Counted from the stretch's first letter, positions 1 to 11,967 are shown. The stretch is 64,000 nucleotides of DNA from Myxococcales bacterium (GCA_045863395.1 BTVJ01000027.1:28549-92548), one strand, 5' to 3'. The notes: a model not told the origin generated them from the sequence alone. Program-made: numbers and translations.

Positions 1-319
1 CCCCGCCCAGGCACTGCCCCCGGACGGCGGCGAGCAAGATGACGCCGCTGTCGACCATGGCCAGGATGAGGTCGTGGAAGCCGCGGAGCATGCCCTCTAC
101 TGACTCCGGGAGGTGCTCCTCCACGCTGGCGCCGAACGAGAAGTGCCGGCCTTCCCCTTCAATCACGATGGCGCGCAGGGCAGGGGCCCCGGCGGCGTCG
201 GCGATCACCCCCCGCAACGCCGCCATCAGCGCGGCGTCGAGGATGTTGCCCTTGGAGCCGCCGAGGGTGACGCGCCACAGCGCGCCGTCGTCGAGGGTCG
301 TGACCTGGAGCTGTGTCAT
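1..319 (-). CDS. dch: Cyclohexa-1,5-diene-1-carbonyl-CoA hydratase (crotonase family), 5' part; runs off the window
   Basis: Not in ORF track. My translation from ATG 319: MTQLQVTTLDDGALWRVTLGGSKGNILDAALM...IEGEGRHFSFGASVEEHLP...AAVRGQCLGG. Has the Dch-type KGNILD and HFSFGASVEEH motifs and lies directly after oah. Confidence 0.85.
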   Translation of the reverse strand, partial: MTQLQVTTLDDGALWRVTLGGSKGNILDAALMAALRGVIADAAGAPALRAIVIEGEGRHFSFGASVEEHLPESVEGMLRGFHDLILAMVDSGVILLAAVRGQCLGG

Positions 320-337
320 GCGGTGCCCTCTCGCAGC

Positions 338-1432
338 TCAGGCTCGCCCGTGGGCGCGGGCGAGGATCTCGTCGGTCAGCTCGTCTCCCCACACGGCGCC
401 CTCCGCCAGGCGCCGCCGCAGCAGCAGGAAGTCCACCTCGCGGCACGCCTTGCTGCCCTCGTGGAAGGCGCGGAAGCCCGCCCGCCCCTCGGTCATCATG
501 TTGAGGCCGAGCCAGGCCCGGTTGGTCTCCTTGTTCTTGTCCCAGTGCTCGAGCTTGTGCTTGCGCACGCTCTCGATGGTCTTGGTGAGGCACCCCGGCA
601 CGGTGTTGGCCAGCTTCCAGACCATGGCGTCCACGGCGTCGTCCAGCGGCGCGAGATCCACCGTCCCCCGCGCCAGGAGCGCCTTGCCCTCGTCGCGCGC
701 TGCCCCGGTCCTCGGCTCGCCCCACACGATCTGCCCACCGTCCACGTAGCGGTCCGTCACCACCAGCGGGTTCGGCACCAGCTCGCCGTCCACCCGCAGC
801 GCCGGCACGACCCGCGTCAGCAGCCCGAGCCGCTGCGCCTTGTGGGCGCTCCAGGGCTCGCAGGCGGTGCAGCTCTCCATGGCGGCCTCGACGCCCACGA
901 ACAGCGGCAGGAAGTCGGTGGAGCCGCCGTCCGGGGCCGACCCGTGGCGGGGGCCCGCCTGCCCGAACAGCGCCAGGTCCTGCGCGATGGAGTAGTCGCA
1001 GGCCATGCCGATCTCTTGCCCGCCGCCGATGCGCATGCCGTTGACGCGGCAGATCACGGGCTTGTCGCACATCAGGATCGCGCTGACCATGTCGTTGAAC
1101 AGGCGCATGTACTGGCGATACTCGTCCGGCTTGCCGGCGTAGTAGGTCGCGTACTCGGCCGTGTTGCCGCCGGTGCAGAAGGCGCGGCTCCCCGCCCCCG
1201 TGAACACGACGGCGACGGCCGCCCGGTCGTTGGAGGCGCGCCGCATCCCGAGGATGACTCCCTTGACCATCTCGGTGGTGTAGGAGTTGAGCTGGCCCGG
1301 GTTGTCGAGGGTGATGCGCGCCGTGAAGAGGCCGGGGACGGCCTCGCCTGCGGGGTCGCGCAGCGGCACGCGCTCGTAGCGCAGCCCGGGGACGTCGATG
1401 GCGGTGGTCAGGTCGTGGTCCTTGAACGTCAT
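338..1432 (-). CDS. oah: 6-oxocyclohex-1-ene-1-carbonyl-CoA hydrolase (Oah/BamA)
   Basis: Motifs LDNPGQLNSYTTEMVK, FCTGGNTAEYA, GSAPDGGSTDFLP and WDKNKETNRAWL; lies between had and dch. Confidence 0.93.
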   Translation of the reverse strand: MTFKDHDLTTAIDVPGLRYERVPLRDPAGEAVPGLFTARITLDNPGQLNSYTTEMVKGVILGMRRASNDRAAVAVVFTGAGSRAFCTGGNTAEYATYYAGKPDEYRQYMRLFNDMVSAILMCDKPVICRVNGMRIGGGQEIGMACDYSIAQDLALFGQAGPRHGSAPDGGSTDFLPLFVGVEAAMESCTACEPWSAHKAQRLGLLTRVVPALRVDGELVPNPLVVTDRYVDGGQIVWGEPRTGAARDEGKALLARGTVDLAPLDDAVDAMVWKLANTVPGCLTKTIESVRKHKLEHWDKNKETNRAWLGLNMMTEGRAGFRAFHEGSKACREVDFLLLRRRLAEGAVWGDELTDEILARAHGRA

Positions 1433-1436
1433 GGCG

Positions 1437-2507
1437 TCAACCTTCCGGTAGGAGGACGATGCGGCCCGGCGCCGAGCCGTGGTGGAGGGTGGCGAACACG
1501 TCGTTGATGCTCGCCATGGGCCTGCGGTCGATGAACGGCTCGATGGCGATGCGCCCGCTGAGCGCGAGGTCCACCACCGCCGGGTAGTGCTCGGGGAGGC
1601 AGCCCCAGTTGCCCTGCGCGGTGGCGTCGAAGGCCATCAGGTTGGACAGGCGCAGCTCCACCGTGCGGGGCGTGAAGCCGACGACGGAGAGGAAGCCGCC
1701 GTGGCCGAGGAGCCCGAAGGCGAGGGCCTGCCCCGCCGGGTGCCCCGATGCCTCGAAGATGCGCGTCCGCCAGGTGGGGACGTCACGGGCGGCAGCAAAT
1801 GCCTTGAGCTTCTTCTTGAGCGCCTTCGCGTCCTCCCCCGCGTTGAGGGTCAGCGCCGCGCCGTGCTCTGCCATACGGGCGAGGCGCGCGTCGTCTAGGT
1901 CGATGGCGATCACCGTCGCGCCGAGCGCCGCCGAGAGCTGCACGCCGAAGCCTCCGACGCCGCCCGCACCGACCCACACCGCCAGGTCGCCGGCTGCAAG
2001 GCCGCTGCGCACGATGGCCTGGTAGGGCGTCGAGACCGCGTCGGCGATGACGGAGAGCGCGGCGAGGTCGAGGCCCGCCACGTTGACCGTGGGGTCCCGA
2101 AGATCCGGCACCGGGCACAGGCCCCGCGCGGGCACACGGACGTGGGTGCCGAAGCCGCCGTGGACGTCGCAGCCGGGGAAGATCTGGCTCGGGCAGACCT
2201 GGCCGCGCCCGGCCCGGCAGGCCGCGCACGCGCCGCAGGGGAGCACGGCGGGGACGACGACGGAGCGGCCGACCCACTCCTCGGCCCCACTGCCCGCCTC
2301 CTCGACGACGCCGCTGATCTCGTGTCCGAGCGCCAGGGGGAAGCCGTGGCGCGTGGGCACCCCGTCGTAGAAGTAGCCGAGATCCGTGTGGCAGACGCCG
2401 CAGCCTGCGGTGCGGACGATGACCTCGCCGGGGCCGGCGACCTCCTCGCGCTCCTGCCAGGTCATGGGCCGGCCGGCCTCTTCGACGACCCACGATGCGA
2501 TGCGCAT
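1437..2507 (-). CDS. had: 6-hydroxycyclohex-1-ene-1-carbonyl-CoA dehydrogenase (Zn-dependent MDR)
   Basis: GCGVCHTDL, GHEISG, structural Zn motif CGACAACRAGRGQVC, and RLSNLMAFDATAQGNWGC. Start set at ATG 2507 after GGAGG. Confidence 0.92.
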   Translation of the reverse strand: MRIASWVVEEAGRPMTWQEREEVAGPGEVIVRTAGCGVCHTDLGYFYDGVPTRHGFPLALGHEISGVVEEAGSGAEEWVGRSVVVPAVLPCGACAACRAGRGQVCPSQIFPGCDVHGGFGTHVRVPARGLCPVPDLRDPTVNVAGLDLAALSVIADAVSTPYQAIVRSGLAAGDLAVWVGAGGVGGFGVQLSAALGATVIAIDLDDARLARMAEHGAALTLNAGEDAKALKKKLKAFAAARDVPTWRTRIFEASGHPAGQALAFGLLGHGGFLSVVGFTPRTVELRLSNLMAFDATAQGNWGCLPEHYPAVVDLALSGRIAIEPFIDRRPMASINDVFATLHHGSAPGRIVLLPEG

Positions 2508-2553
2508 GGCGGCCTCCGCTTCGAGTGTATCGGGTCCACAAATCCCGAATCCG

Positions 2554-2582
2554 GGTGTACGACACCGGTGCGGCCCCGTCAA
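2554..2582 (-). promoter_or_regulatory. Putative sigma70-type promoter of had-oah-dch
   Basis: Minus strand TTGACG-N17-TACACC, about 50 bp upstream of the had start. Confidence 0.4.
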
Positions 2583-2650
2583 GGGTCGTAGCGCAGCCAG
2601 AGGACGTCCGTCACGCAGGTGTGTCACCGACGCTCCGGGGCGAGCGCTGC

Positions 2651-2679
2651 TTGACCAGGTAGCTACCAGAGGCTACCTT
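2651..2679 (+). promoter_or_regulatory. Putative sigma70 promoter and operator palindrome of the toxin-antitoxin operon
   Basis: TTGACC(2651-2656)-N17-TACCTT(2674-2679). Perfect palindrome GGTAGCTACC (2658-2667) in the spacer. ATG lies 6 nt after the -10, with no SD sequence. Confidence 0.6.
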
Positions 2680-2685
2680 TGGCCC

Positions 2686-2973
2686 ATGCTTGCCGTCGGC
2701 ATCAAGACCCTGAAGAACAAGCTGAGCGAGTACGTGAAGCTGGCTGCGGGTGGGGAGACCGTCCTGGTCACCGACCGGGACCAGGTGGTCGCAGAGCTGG
2801 TGCCACCGCGTGAAGGGAGGAGCCCCGTCCTCGCAGATGCCCAGCTTGCCGACGCGGTGCGCCGCGGGCTCCTGACCCCACCGCTCCTCGTCACGGAGGC
2901 GCCCCCGCCCCGGCTCCCCGTTGCCCCCATCGAGGCGCTGCTCGCTGAGCTCGCGCAGGATCGAGACCGGTGA
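2686..2973 (+). CDS. Phd/YefM-family antitoxin
   Basis: MLAVGIKTLKNKLSEYVKLAAGGETVLVTDRDQVVAELVP is a typical Phd N-terminus. Overlaps the toxin start (GTGA). Confidence 0.88.
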   Translation: MLAVGIKTLKNKLSEYVKLAAGGETVLVTDRDQVVAELVPPREGRSPVLADAQLADAVRRGLLTPPLLVTEAPPPRLPVAPIEALLAELAQDRDR

Positions 2974-3356
2974 TCTACCTGGACACCTCCGTCGCGCTGG
3001 CGCACCTGCTGGCCGAAGACCGGCATCCCATGGACACCCTCTGGGCGCGTCCCCTGGTGTCCAGCCGTCTCCTCCAGGTGGAGTGCTGGGTCCGCCTCAA
3101 CGCCAGGGGCCTCGGGGCGTCACACGGAGAGGCGCTCCGCTCCCTGTTGGGGCGGGTCGCGTTCATCGAGCTGTCTCCGCAGGTGCTCGCACGAACCCAC
3201 GAGCCCTTCCCCATCCCCCTCCGCACTCTGGACGCCCTCCACCTGGCCTCCGCCGAGCTGCTCAGGAGTCTCGGGCAACAGGTCACCATGGCCAGCTACG
3301 ACGACCGGCTCCTGACCGCAGCGGTCGCCATGGGCATCCCCGCAGAGCCCCTGTGA
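2970..3356 (+). CDS. vapC: PIN-domain (VapC-like) toxin
   Basis: IYLDTSV, LRTLDALHLASA and SYDDRL PIN motifs; 128 aa; coupled to the antitoxin. Confidence 0.9.
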   Translation: MIYLDTSVALAHLLAEDRHPMDTLWARPLVSSRLLQVECWVRLNARGLGASHGEALRSLLGRVAFIELSPQVLARTHEPFPIPLRTLDALHLASAELLRSLGQQVTMASYDDRLLTAAVAMGIPAEPL

Positions 3357-3443
3357 CCCCCGGGGGCCACCTTTCGGCGGACATCCGGGCACGGATCCAC
3401 TACATTGGCGCCGTCGAGCGCGCCCCCCGCGCAGGAGGACCTC

Positions 3444-5462
<2,019 letters not shown>

Positions 5463-6042
5463 TCTGGCATCGAGACCTTGCCAGAGTGAGCCCTGTCCCC
5501 ACGGCGGCCACCACGGTGTTCCCGGCGTGCGGCGACGGAGCCCCGACGTGACCCGCGCTCTCTCAGGCACGCGCACCCTCGCAGGGCTCCTGGCTGCGGC
5601 GATCCTCCATGTGGTGGTCGCCACGGCGCTCGGCCTGTCCCTGCCCGCCACCGGCGAGCGCGGGGAGCACCGCGTCAGCGCCCACCTCACCGTCGCGCCC
5701 ATCCTGCTCCCGCCCACCGCCGACGAGTCGCGGTTCCCTGGGGCGGAGCCCGTCCGCGCCGTTCGCTCGCAGCGGACCGCGCCAGCCTCGCGCCTTCAAG
5801 CTGCGCTGGCAGCAACGGCCGAGCACCCGGACCCGCAGCTCTCCCCCATGTCCCGCCGCCAGGTGCTGCTCCCACAGCGCCTCTGCGCAACCGGAGACGA
5901 CGGCCCACCCACGTCCACCTCGTCCGCCGGCTGAGGCTGCGCGGAGGCCCGCTTGGGCGGGTCTCAGGCGCGCGGTGCGCCCCTCGCAGCGCTCGGCTCG
6001 ACGCCCAGCAGCGCGCACAGGCTGCGCGCGGAGGTGCACGTC

Positions 6043-6228
6043 ATGTCACAGGACGCCAGGATCTTTCTCGTGGTCGCGGTGATCGCGCTGGTCTATCTGG
6101 TCATCATCCCCTTGATCGTTCGTCGCAAGCGCATCGCGCTCCCCACGGTCCCCGAGGAGCAGGAGCAGAGCCCCAAGCCCGTCGCCGGCGGCAAGGCCGA
6201 GAAGCCGGGGTCGAAGCGGGCCGCGTAG
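6043..6228 (+). CDS. Small single-pass membrane protein
   Basis: GGAGG RBS; MSQDARIFLVVAVIALVYLVIIPLIVRRKR is one TM helix followed by basic residues. Confidence 0.6.
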   Translation: MSQDARIFLVVAVIALVYLVIIPLIVRRKRIALPTVPEEQEQSPKPVAGGKAEKPGSKRAA

Positions 6229-6243
6229 GGCAGGTGGGGGGGG

Positions 6244-7206
6244 TCAGGCTGCCCGTAGCTGCGCGATCTGGTCCTGTACCCGCCGAGCGCGCCCGGGATC
6301 GGTGCGCATGAGCCACAGGTACAGGATGTTCGTCGGCACCACCAGGAGCCCGAAGATCCACAGGGGAGCCGTTGGGTCCCAGTAGGCGAGGGCCGCGGCC
6401 ATCGCGAGGCTGAACAGGTGGGTCGCGAGGCCGAGGAAGCTCCAGAGGCGCATGGACAGCAGGTGCTCCTGGCGATAGAGGTCCCGCTCCTCGGGTGAGC
6501 GCGTGATCGCCTCGTCCGCCGGCAGCCCGTTGCGGTAGTTCTTCTGCTGCCCGCCGGAGTGGGCCAGGAAGAACGCGAGGGCGCCCACGGCAATCCACTG
6601 GCGGTTCCTGCGGGCCTCATCCAGCTCCGCGCGGATGGAGTCGAGGAGCACGAGCCCCGACACGCCGCCAGGCTCCGGGGGCTTGGTGTTGGTCAGGTAG
6701 GTGTTCTTGGCCGCGTCGTACAGGTACGTGTGCCACAGCGTGCTCGCGCCGGCCGCCCACGCGAGCGCCCAGCCCCACGGCCCCAGGTCGATGACCACGT
6801 CCAAATAGAACACCAGGCCAACGAAGATGCTGGTCGTGGTGAACATATCGGAGATGCCGTCGAGGACGCGGCCCAGCATGGAGCAGCCGCCTCGGATGCG
6901 GGCGAGCTGGCCGTCCGAGCAGTCGAGCACCATGCTGAACAGCAGGAGCCCTGCGCCGACCAGCAGCCACGAGCGCTCGCCGATGGAGGCGTACCAGACG
7001 GCGATGCCGGAGAGGACCCCCACGATCCCCGCTGCCAGGGTCACCTGGTTCGGGGTCGCGCTCGTCGGCGTGAGCGCGCGCACCACATAGGCGGCGAGGC
7101 GCCGGAACACGTAGAAGTCGAGGAGCTCGTCCACGTCGCGGGGCTTGAATGTCTCCTCGGCTCGCACGGGGCGGGGGGGCATGAAGTGCATGGGCTCCGC
7201 GTGCAT
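6244..7206 (-). CDS. CDP-alcohol phosphatidyltransferase family protein
   Basis: TPNQVT and the signature LDCSDGQLAR...GRVLDGISD; several TM helices. Start uncertain. Confidence 0.88.
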   Translation of the reverse strand: MHAEPMHFMPPRPVRAEETFKPRDVDELLDFYVFRRLAAYVVRALTPTSATPNQVTLAAGIVGVLSGIAVWYASIGERSWLLVGAGLLLFSMVLDCSDGQLARIRGGCSMLGRVLDGISDMFTTTSIFVGLVFYLDVVIDLGPWGWALAWAAGASTLWHTYLYDAAKNTYLTNTKPPEPGGVSGLVLLDSIRAELDEARRNRQWIAVGALAFFLAHSGGQQKNYRNGLPADEAITRSPEERDLYRQEHLLSMRLWSFLGLATHLFSLAMAAALAYWDPTAPLWIFGLLVVPTNILYLWLMRTDPGRARRVQDQIAQLRAA

Positions 7207-7469
7207 CGATCATCCGTGCGCAGGCTTGCCTGCGCTGGCTCCGTGCGCTGGGGGCCGGGGACCGGGCGTCGTCCGGCGGCTCGGGGCGCATGCACGGCGC
7301 GCTTCACCCCCCGAGCGGCCACGTAGGCTACTCAAGGGCGCGGCCCTGCACAAGCCCCAAGGGGCGCCGTGTTGCGATGGATCAAGGGGCGTGAGGTGGT
7401 CGAGTTCCGGTTGTCTCAGGCATCGATGGGGGTGTAGACTGCGACTCACCATCGGAACGGAGGTGAGAA

Positions 7470-9383
7470 ATGAAGCCCACGCTCGTGCTGGCAGCGGGCA
7501 TCTGCGTCGTCTTGGGGCTGGGGACTCCCGCCGCTGCCGTGCCAGGCGCCGTCCAGGTTCAGGGGACCCTGGCGACCTCGTCCGGCGTCCCTGCAGCGGG
7601 CGACTACACCGTGATCTTCAAGGTCTGGTCGGCGGAGACGGGGGGCACAGCTCTGTATACGTGGCCACCCCAGCCGGTGCAGGTGACGGCCGGACTCTTC
7701 GATGCCGAGCTGCCTGCGGCACCGGACGGGGTGTTCAACGGCGCCGAGCGGTGGCTCGAGATCGCCGTCCAGGGGGAGCCGCCCCTCCCTCGGCGCCCCT
7801 TCCGGTCCGTGCCCTATGCCCTGGTCGCGGGGCAGGCGGAGACTGCGATCATCGCTGGCAGCCTCGCGTGCAGCGGGTGCGTCGGGGCCTCGGAGCTGGA
7901 CGTGCCCTGGGCGGGCAGCTCGACCCCCGGGGGGCCCGCCCTGGACCTGGCGTGCACGGGCTGCGTGGGGTCGGCGGACCTGCAGGACGGGGGCGTCGCC
8001 TTCGCGGACCTCAGCGGGGCGGCCGTGTCGAGCCTCCGGGACTGGACCCAGCTCCTCAACGTGCCGGCCGGCTTCGCCGACGGCGTGGACAATGTGCTCT
8101 CCGAGGCCCAGGTAGAGACCTTCGTCACCAACGCCCCCATCAACCTGGCGGCGGGCTCCACCATTGGAGGCCAGCCCATCGGCAGCGGCAGCTCTTCACT
8201 GAAGATGGTCTCCGGTGAGGCGGCGAGTCTCGCCTCTGGCGCGACGCTGGACGTGGCGCACCCGAGCGGGCTCCTCTTGGCCGTGACGGCCTGGTATCAG
8301 CGGGGCGATGGGGTGTGGGAGGCCATCGGCGGCACGACCGCGGGCGGCTGCTCGGCGTGCGGAACCGGCAACGATGGCGCCTACGATGCGACCTCCAGCA
8401 CGACGCTGGCGGGCGGGACCTACAACTTCTCCAGCTTCCGGATCCGCCCCGGAGTGACCGTCACCGTCACTGGGGGAACGCCCCTCATCGTGCTCTCCAA
8501 GGGGGACGTGCTCATCGAGGGGACGCTCAACTTGAAGGGCGGCGACGGGGGCGTGGGACCGAGCGGCAACAGCCCGGGCGGGGCAGGTGGAGCGGGCGGG
8601 GGTGGGGGCGGCGGCGCTGGCGGCGTGGGAGGCGTCTACACGAGCACGTACATGAACGGGTCGCCGGGCAGCGGCGGCGCTGGCGGAGGGTCCGGTGGAG
8701 GCGTCCAGGCGCGAGATGACGTCATCGGCGGCGGTGGCGGCGGCGGTGGCTTTGCGAGCACGGGGGCGACGGCGAGCGCTGGCTACTGCTGCACCAGCCG
8801 GTGTGGGAGCGAGATCTCGATTCCGGGTGGGGCCGGGGGTTCCTCCTACGGGGCGGCTCCGATGACGCAGCTCCTGGCGGGCTCTGGCGGTGGCGGCGGC
8901 GGGTACGGTGGTGCGGACAACGGCTGCGGCGGTGGCGGTGGGGGCGGCGGTGGGGCCGTGAAGATCGTGGGGGCCACCATCAAGGTCACGGGGACCATCG
9001 ACGCGCGGGGAGGCAAGGGCGGCGATGCCCAGTCCGGAGCCGACGGTGGCGGCGGGGGCGGCGGCAGCGGTGGCAGCATCTGGCTCCGGGCCGCCAGCGT
9101 CCAGGTGACCGGGAGCGCGCTGGCGACCGGCGGCGGTGGGGGCACCACGACCGTCGGCGGCTCCTGCGGCATCGGCGGGACGGGCGGAGCTGGCAGCGCC
9201 GGCCGCGTCCAGGTGGACGCTGCCTCGATCAGCGGCTCCACCTCGCCAGCGTATGGGGTCGGCTCCACGTCGGACCTGGCCACCGCGTCCTGGGAGATCA
9301 CCCAGCCCAACGCGACCACGGTGCGCCTCCGCAACGGGTCGCAGACCGCGTGGCCCGTGAAGGTCGTCGTCATTCATCCCTGA
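7470..9383 (+). CDS. Secreted glycine-rich protein (fibre/adhesin-like)
   Basis: Signal peptide; QGTL...WLEIAV...SVPYAL N-terminal module; long GGGGGG/GGGSGGSI tracts; GGAGGTG RBS. Confidence 0.7.
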   Translation: MKPTLVLAAGICVVLGLGTPAAAVPGAVQVQGTLATSSGVPAAGDYTVIFKVWSAETGGTALYTWPPQPVQVTAGLFDAELPAAPDGVFNGAERWLEIAVQGEPPLPRRPFRSVPYALVAGQAETAIIAGSLACSGCVGASELDVPWAGSSTPGGPALDLACTGCVGSADLQDGGVAFADLSGAAVSSLRDWTQLLNVPAGFADGVDNVLSEAQVETFVTNAPINLAAGSTIGGQPIGSGSSSLKMVSGEAASLASGATLDVAHPSGLLLAVTAWYQRGDGVWEAIGGTTAGGCSACGTGNDGAYDATSSTTLAGGTYNFSSFRIRPGVTVTVTGGTPLIVLSKGDVLIEGTLNLKGGDGGVGPSGNSPGGAGGAGGGGGGGAGGVGGVYTSTYMNGSPGSGGAGGGSGGGVQARDDVIGGGGGGGGFASTGATASAGYCCTSRCGSEISIPGGAGGSSYGAAPMTQLLAGSGGGGGGYGGADNGCGGGGGGGGGAVKIVGATIKVTGTIDARGGKGGDAQSGADGGGGGGGSGGSIWLRAASVQVTGSALATGGGGGTTTVGGSCGIGGTGGAGSAGRVQVDAASISGSTSPAYGVGSTSDLATASWEITQPNATTVRLRNGSQTAWPVKVVVIHP

Positions 9384-9393
9384 CGGGGGGACC

Positions 9394-11967
9394 ATGCGTG
9401 CGGTGCTCTTGACGGCGCTCCTCGCGAGCCTGGCGGGTTGCGTGGATTCAGCCGCTCCAGCCTTGGCCGATGCCGGCGGCGGAGACTCTGCCGGCGGGGA
9501 CTCCGGGAGTGGGGACTCCGAAGCCGAGGACACAGCCATCGGGGTTGACGCTACGGACGTGGCGGTAGCAGTGGACGCCACGCCGGACTCTGCCGCGCCG
9601 GACAGCGGGGGACCGGTCGACGCCGGCCCTGGCCATGACGCGCCGGACGCCGAGGGGGCGGACACGGGGCTCGACGGGGCAACGGGGGATGAGGACACCG
9701 CTGACGGTGGGCCGGATGCCGAGGCCTGCCTCCCCGAGCCCTGCGATGACGGGTGGACCTGCACCGCCGACCTGGTGTCTGGCGGGGCCTGCGTCCACAC
9801 GCCCCTTCCCGGCTGCGTGGAGCCGTCGTGCGCGGACGGGTGCGATGACGGCGACCCTTGCACGGAGGACGTCTGCGCCCCCTGCCCGGAGGGCGCGACG
9901 GGCTGCTCCGGGTCCGCGTGCAGGCACCTCTCGCACCCCTGCGACGATGGGGACCCCTGCACCGCCGACACGGTCACGGCGGCTGGCGGCTGCGCGCACG
10001 AGGACCTGTGTGGCTGTGATGACGGGGATCCGTGCACCCTCGATCAGACGGGGCCTGCCGGCTGCACCTGGACCCCGCTTGCCTGCGACGATGGGGATCC
10101 CTGCACCGACGATGGCTGCGATGGCGGCTGCATCCACGCCGAGATCGACTGTGACGACGCGGACCTCTGTACGGTGGATGCCTGTGGTTCCGGGGGCTGC
10201 ACGCATGCGCCTGCCGACTGCGATGACGGCGACCCCTGCACCGTGGACGGCTGCGCGGGCGGCTGCACCCATGCGCCGAAGGGGTGCGACGACGGTGACC
10301 CCTGCACCGTGGACGGCTGCGCGGGTGGCTGCATGAGCTCGCTGTTGAGCTGTGACGACGGCGACGCCTGCACCGTGGACTCCTGTGGCGGCGGTGTCTG
10401 CGACCACGCTGCGGTTTCCTGCGATGACGGGGACGCTTGCACGGCCGACGGGTGCGATCCTGTCGCGGGCTGCACGACGGTCGCGCTCCCTCTGTGCGTC
10501 GTCTGCAGCAGCGCGCTCCAGTGCCAGGACGGGGACGCGTGTACCGCGGACGCCTGCATCGCTGGAGCGTGCGCACATGCGCCGGTCCCTTGCGACGACG
10601 GGGACGCTTGCTCCGTGGACTCGTGCGACCCGGTGGTGGGCTGCACGGCGGTGCTCGCGGGCTGCGCGGACGGAGACGCCTGCACGGTGGACGGGTGCGA
10701 CCCGGTACTCGGCTGCACCCACGCGCCGCTCCCCTGCAACGGAGACGCCTGCGCAGTCGCGAGCTGCGACCCAGTCGACGGCTGCACCCTCGGAGCGCTG
10801 GGCTGTGACGACGGCGATCCATGCACGCTCGACGCGTGCAGTCCCGCCACGGGGTGTACCCACGGCGCTATGGTCTGCGACGATGGCAACGCCTGCACCG
10901 AGGACGCGTGCGCTGGCGGCGTCTGCGCCGCGGTGGGGGCCGGGTGCGACGACGGCGATGCCTGCACGGCGGACTCCTGCCAGTCCGCGACGGGCTGCGT
11001 CCACGAGTCTGCCGCCTGTGGGGACGACGACCTCTGTACGACCTTCGCGTGTGATCCAGCGACGGGCTGCGACGCCACGCCGACAGCCTGTGACGACGGG
11101 GACCCATGTACCAAGGACGTGTGCTCGGTGCCTGGCGGCTGTGTGTCCACGCCGCTGTGCGACGACGGCAGCGCCTGCACCGTCGACCTGTGCAGCGCGG
11201 AGGGGGCCTGCACCTGGTCGCCCGATGGATGCGACGACGGCGACGCGTGCACCGCGGACCTCTGCGAAGGCATCGGCTGCGTTCACATCGGCAAGGACTG
11301 CGGCGATGGGGAGCCGTGTACGTGGGATCTCTGCGATCCGGCGTCAGGCGTCTGCACGCCTGTGGTGGCGCCGCTGTGCACGGGCTGCGAGGGCGACTGG
11401 GACTGTAGTGACGGGGACGGCTGCACCACCGACGTGTGCCTGCCGGACGGCTCCTGCGGCCACGCGGCGCCCTGCGACGACGGGGACCCGTGCACCGCCG
11501 GCCTGTGTGTCTCGGGTGGGTGCGTCTTCGTGGCGACCACCTGCGGTGACGGGGACCCGTGCACCGACGACCTGTGCGTCCCGGGGGCGGGCTGCACCCA
11601 CCTGCCCGACGGGGGCTGCGCTGGCTGCGTGGGAGGCCAGGACTGCGCCGACGCGGATCCCTGCACGCTCGACACGTGCCTGCCCGGCGGCGCCTGCACC
11701 CACGGTCCGCCCACGTGCGACGACGGGGATCCCTGCACGGCCGACGTCTGCGACCCCACCCTCGGGTGCCTCCACACCCCCGCCCTGTGCGGCGACGGCG
11801 ACCCCTGCACCGACGACCTCTGCGTCCCTGGGGCTGGCTGCGACCATGCGCCCGACCCAGGGTGCAGCGGCTGTGTCAGCGACATGGACTGCGCAGACTC
11901 CGACCCCTGCACGGCGGACACCTGCGCCACTGGCGGCTCGTGCGCCCACTCCCCCGTGTGTCCCTGA
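9394..11967 (+). CDS. Cys-rich repeat lipoprotein (CDDGDPCTxDxC repeats)
   Basis: Lipobox LAGC, acidic linker, then more than 25 C-D-D-G-D-[PA]-C-T-x-D-x-C repeats. Confidence 0.8.
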   Translation: MRAVLLTALLASLAGCVDSAAPALADAGGGDSAGGDSGSGDSEAEDTAIGVDATDVAVAVDATPDSAAPDSGGPVDAGPGHDAPDAEGADTGLDGATGDEDTADGGPDAEACLPEPCDDGWTCTADLVSGGACVHTPLPGCVEPSCADGCDDGDPCTEDVCAPCPEGATGCSGSACRHLSHPCDDGDPCTADTVTAAGGCAHEDLCGCDDGDPCTLDQTGPAGCTWTPLACDDGDPCTDDGCDGGCIHAEIDCDDADLCTVDACGSGGCTHAPADCDDGDPCTVDGCAGGCTHAPKGCDDGDPCTVDGCAGGCMSSLLSCDDGDACTVDSCGGGVCDHAAVSCDDGDACTADGCDPVAGCTTVALPLCVVCSSALQCQDGDACTADACIAGACAHAPVPCDDGDACSVDSCDPVVGCTAVLAGCADGDACTVDGCDPVLGCTHAPLPCNGDACAVASCDPVDGCTLGALGCDDGDPCTLDACSPATGCTHGAMVCDDGNACTEDACAGGVCAAVGAGCDDGDACTADSCQSATGCVHESAACGDDDLCTTFACDPATGCDATPTACDDGDPCTKDVCSVPGGCVSTPLCDDGSACTVDLCSAEGACTWSPDGCDDGDACTADLCEGIGCVHIGKDCGDGEPCTWDLCDPASGVCTPVVAPLCTGCEGDWDCSDGDGCTTDVCLPDGSCGHAAPCDDGDPCTAGLCVSGGCVFVATTCGDGDPCTDDLCVPGAGCTHLPDGGCAGCVGGQDCADADPCTLDTCLPGGACTHGPPTCDDGDPCTADVCDPTLGCLHTPALCGDGDPCTDDLCVPGAGCDHAPDPGCSGCVSDMDCADSDPCTADTCATGGSCAHSPVCP

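Noticed and set aside
5463..5934. Hairpin TCTGGCA/TGCCAGA and the 135-aa ORF at 5527-5934
   Set aside because: The hairpin lacks a U-tract and any riboswitch motif I recognise; the ORF has no clear RBS or family motif, though a small exported protein is possible.
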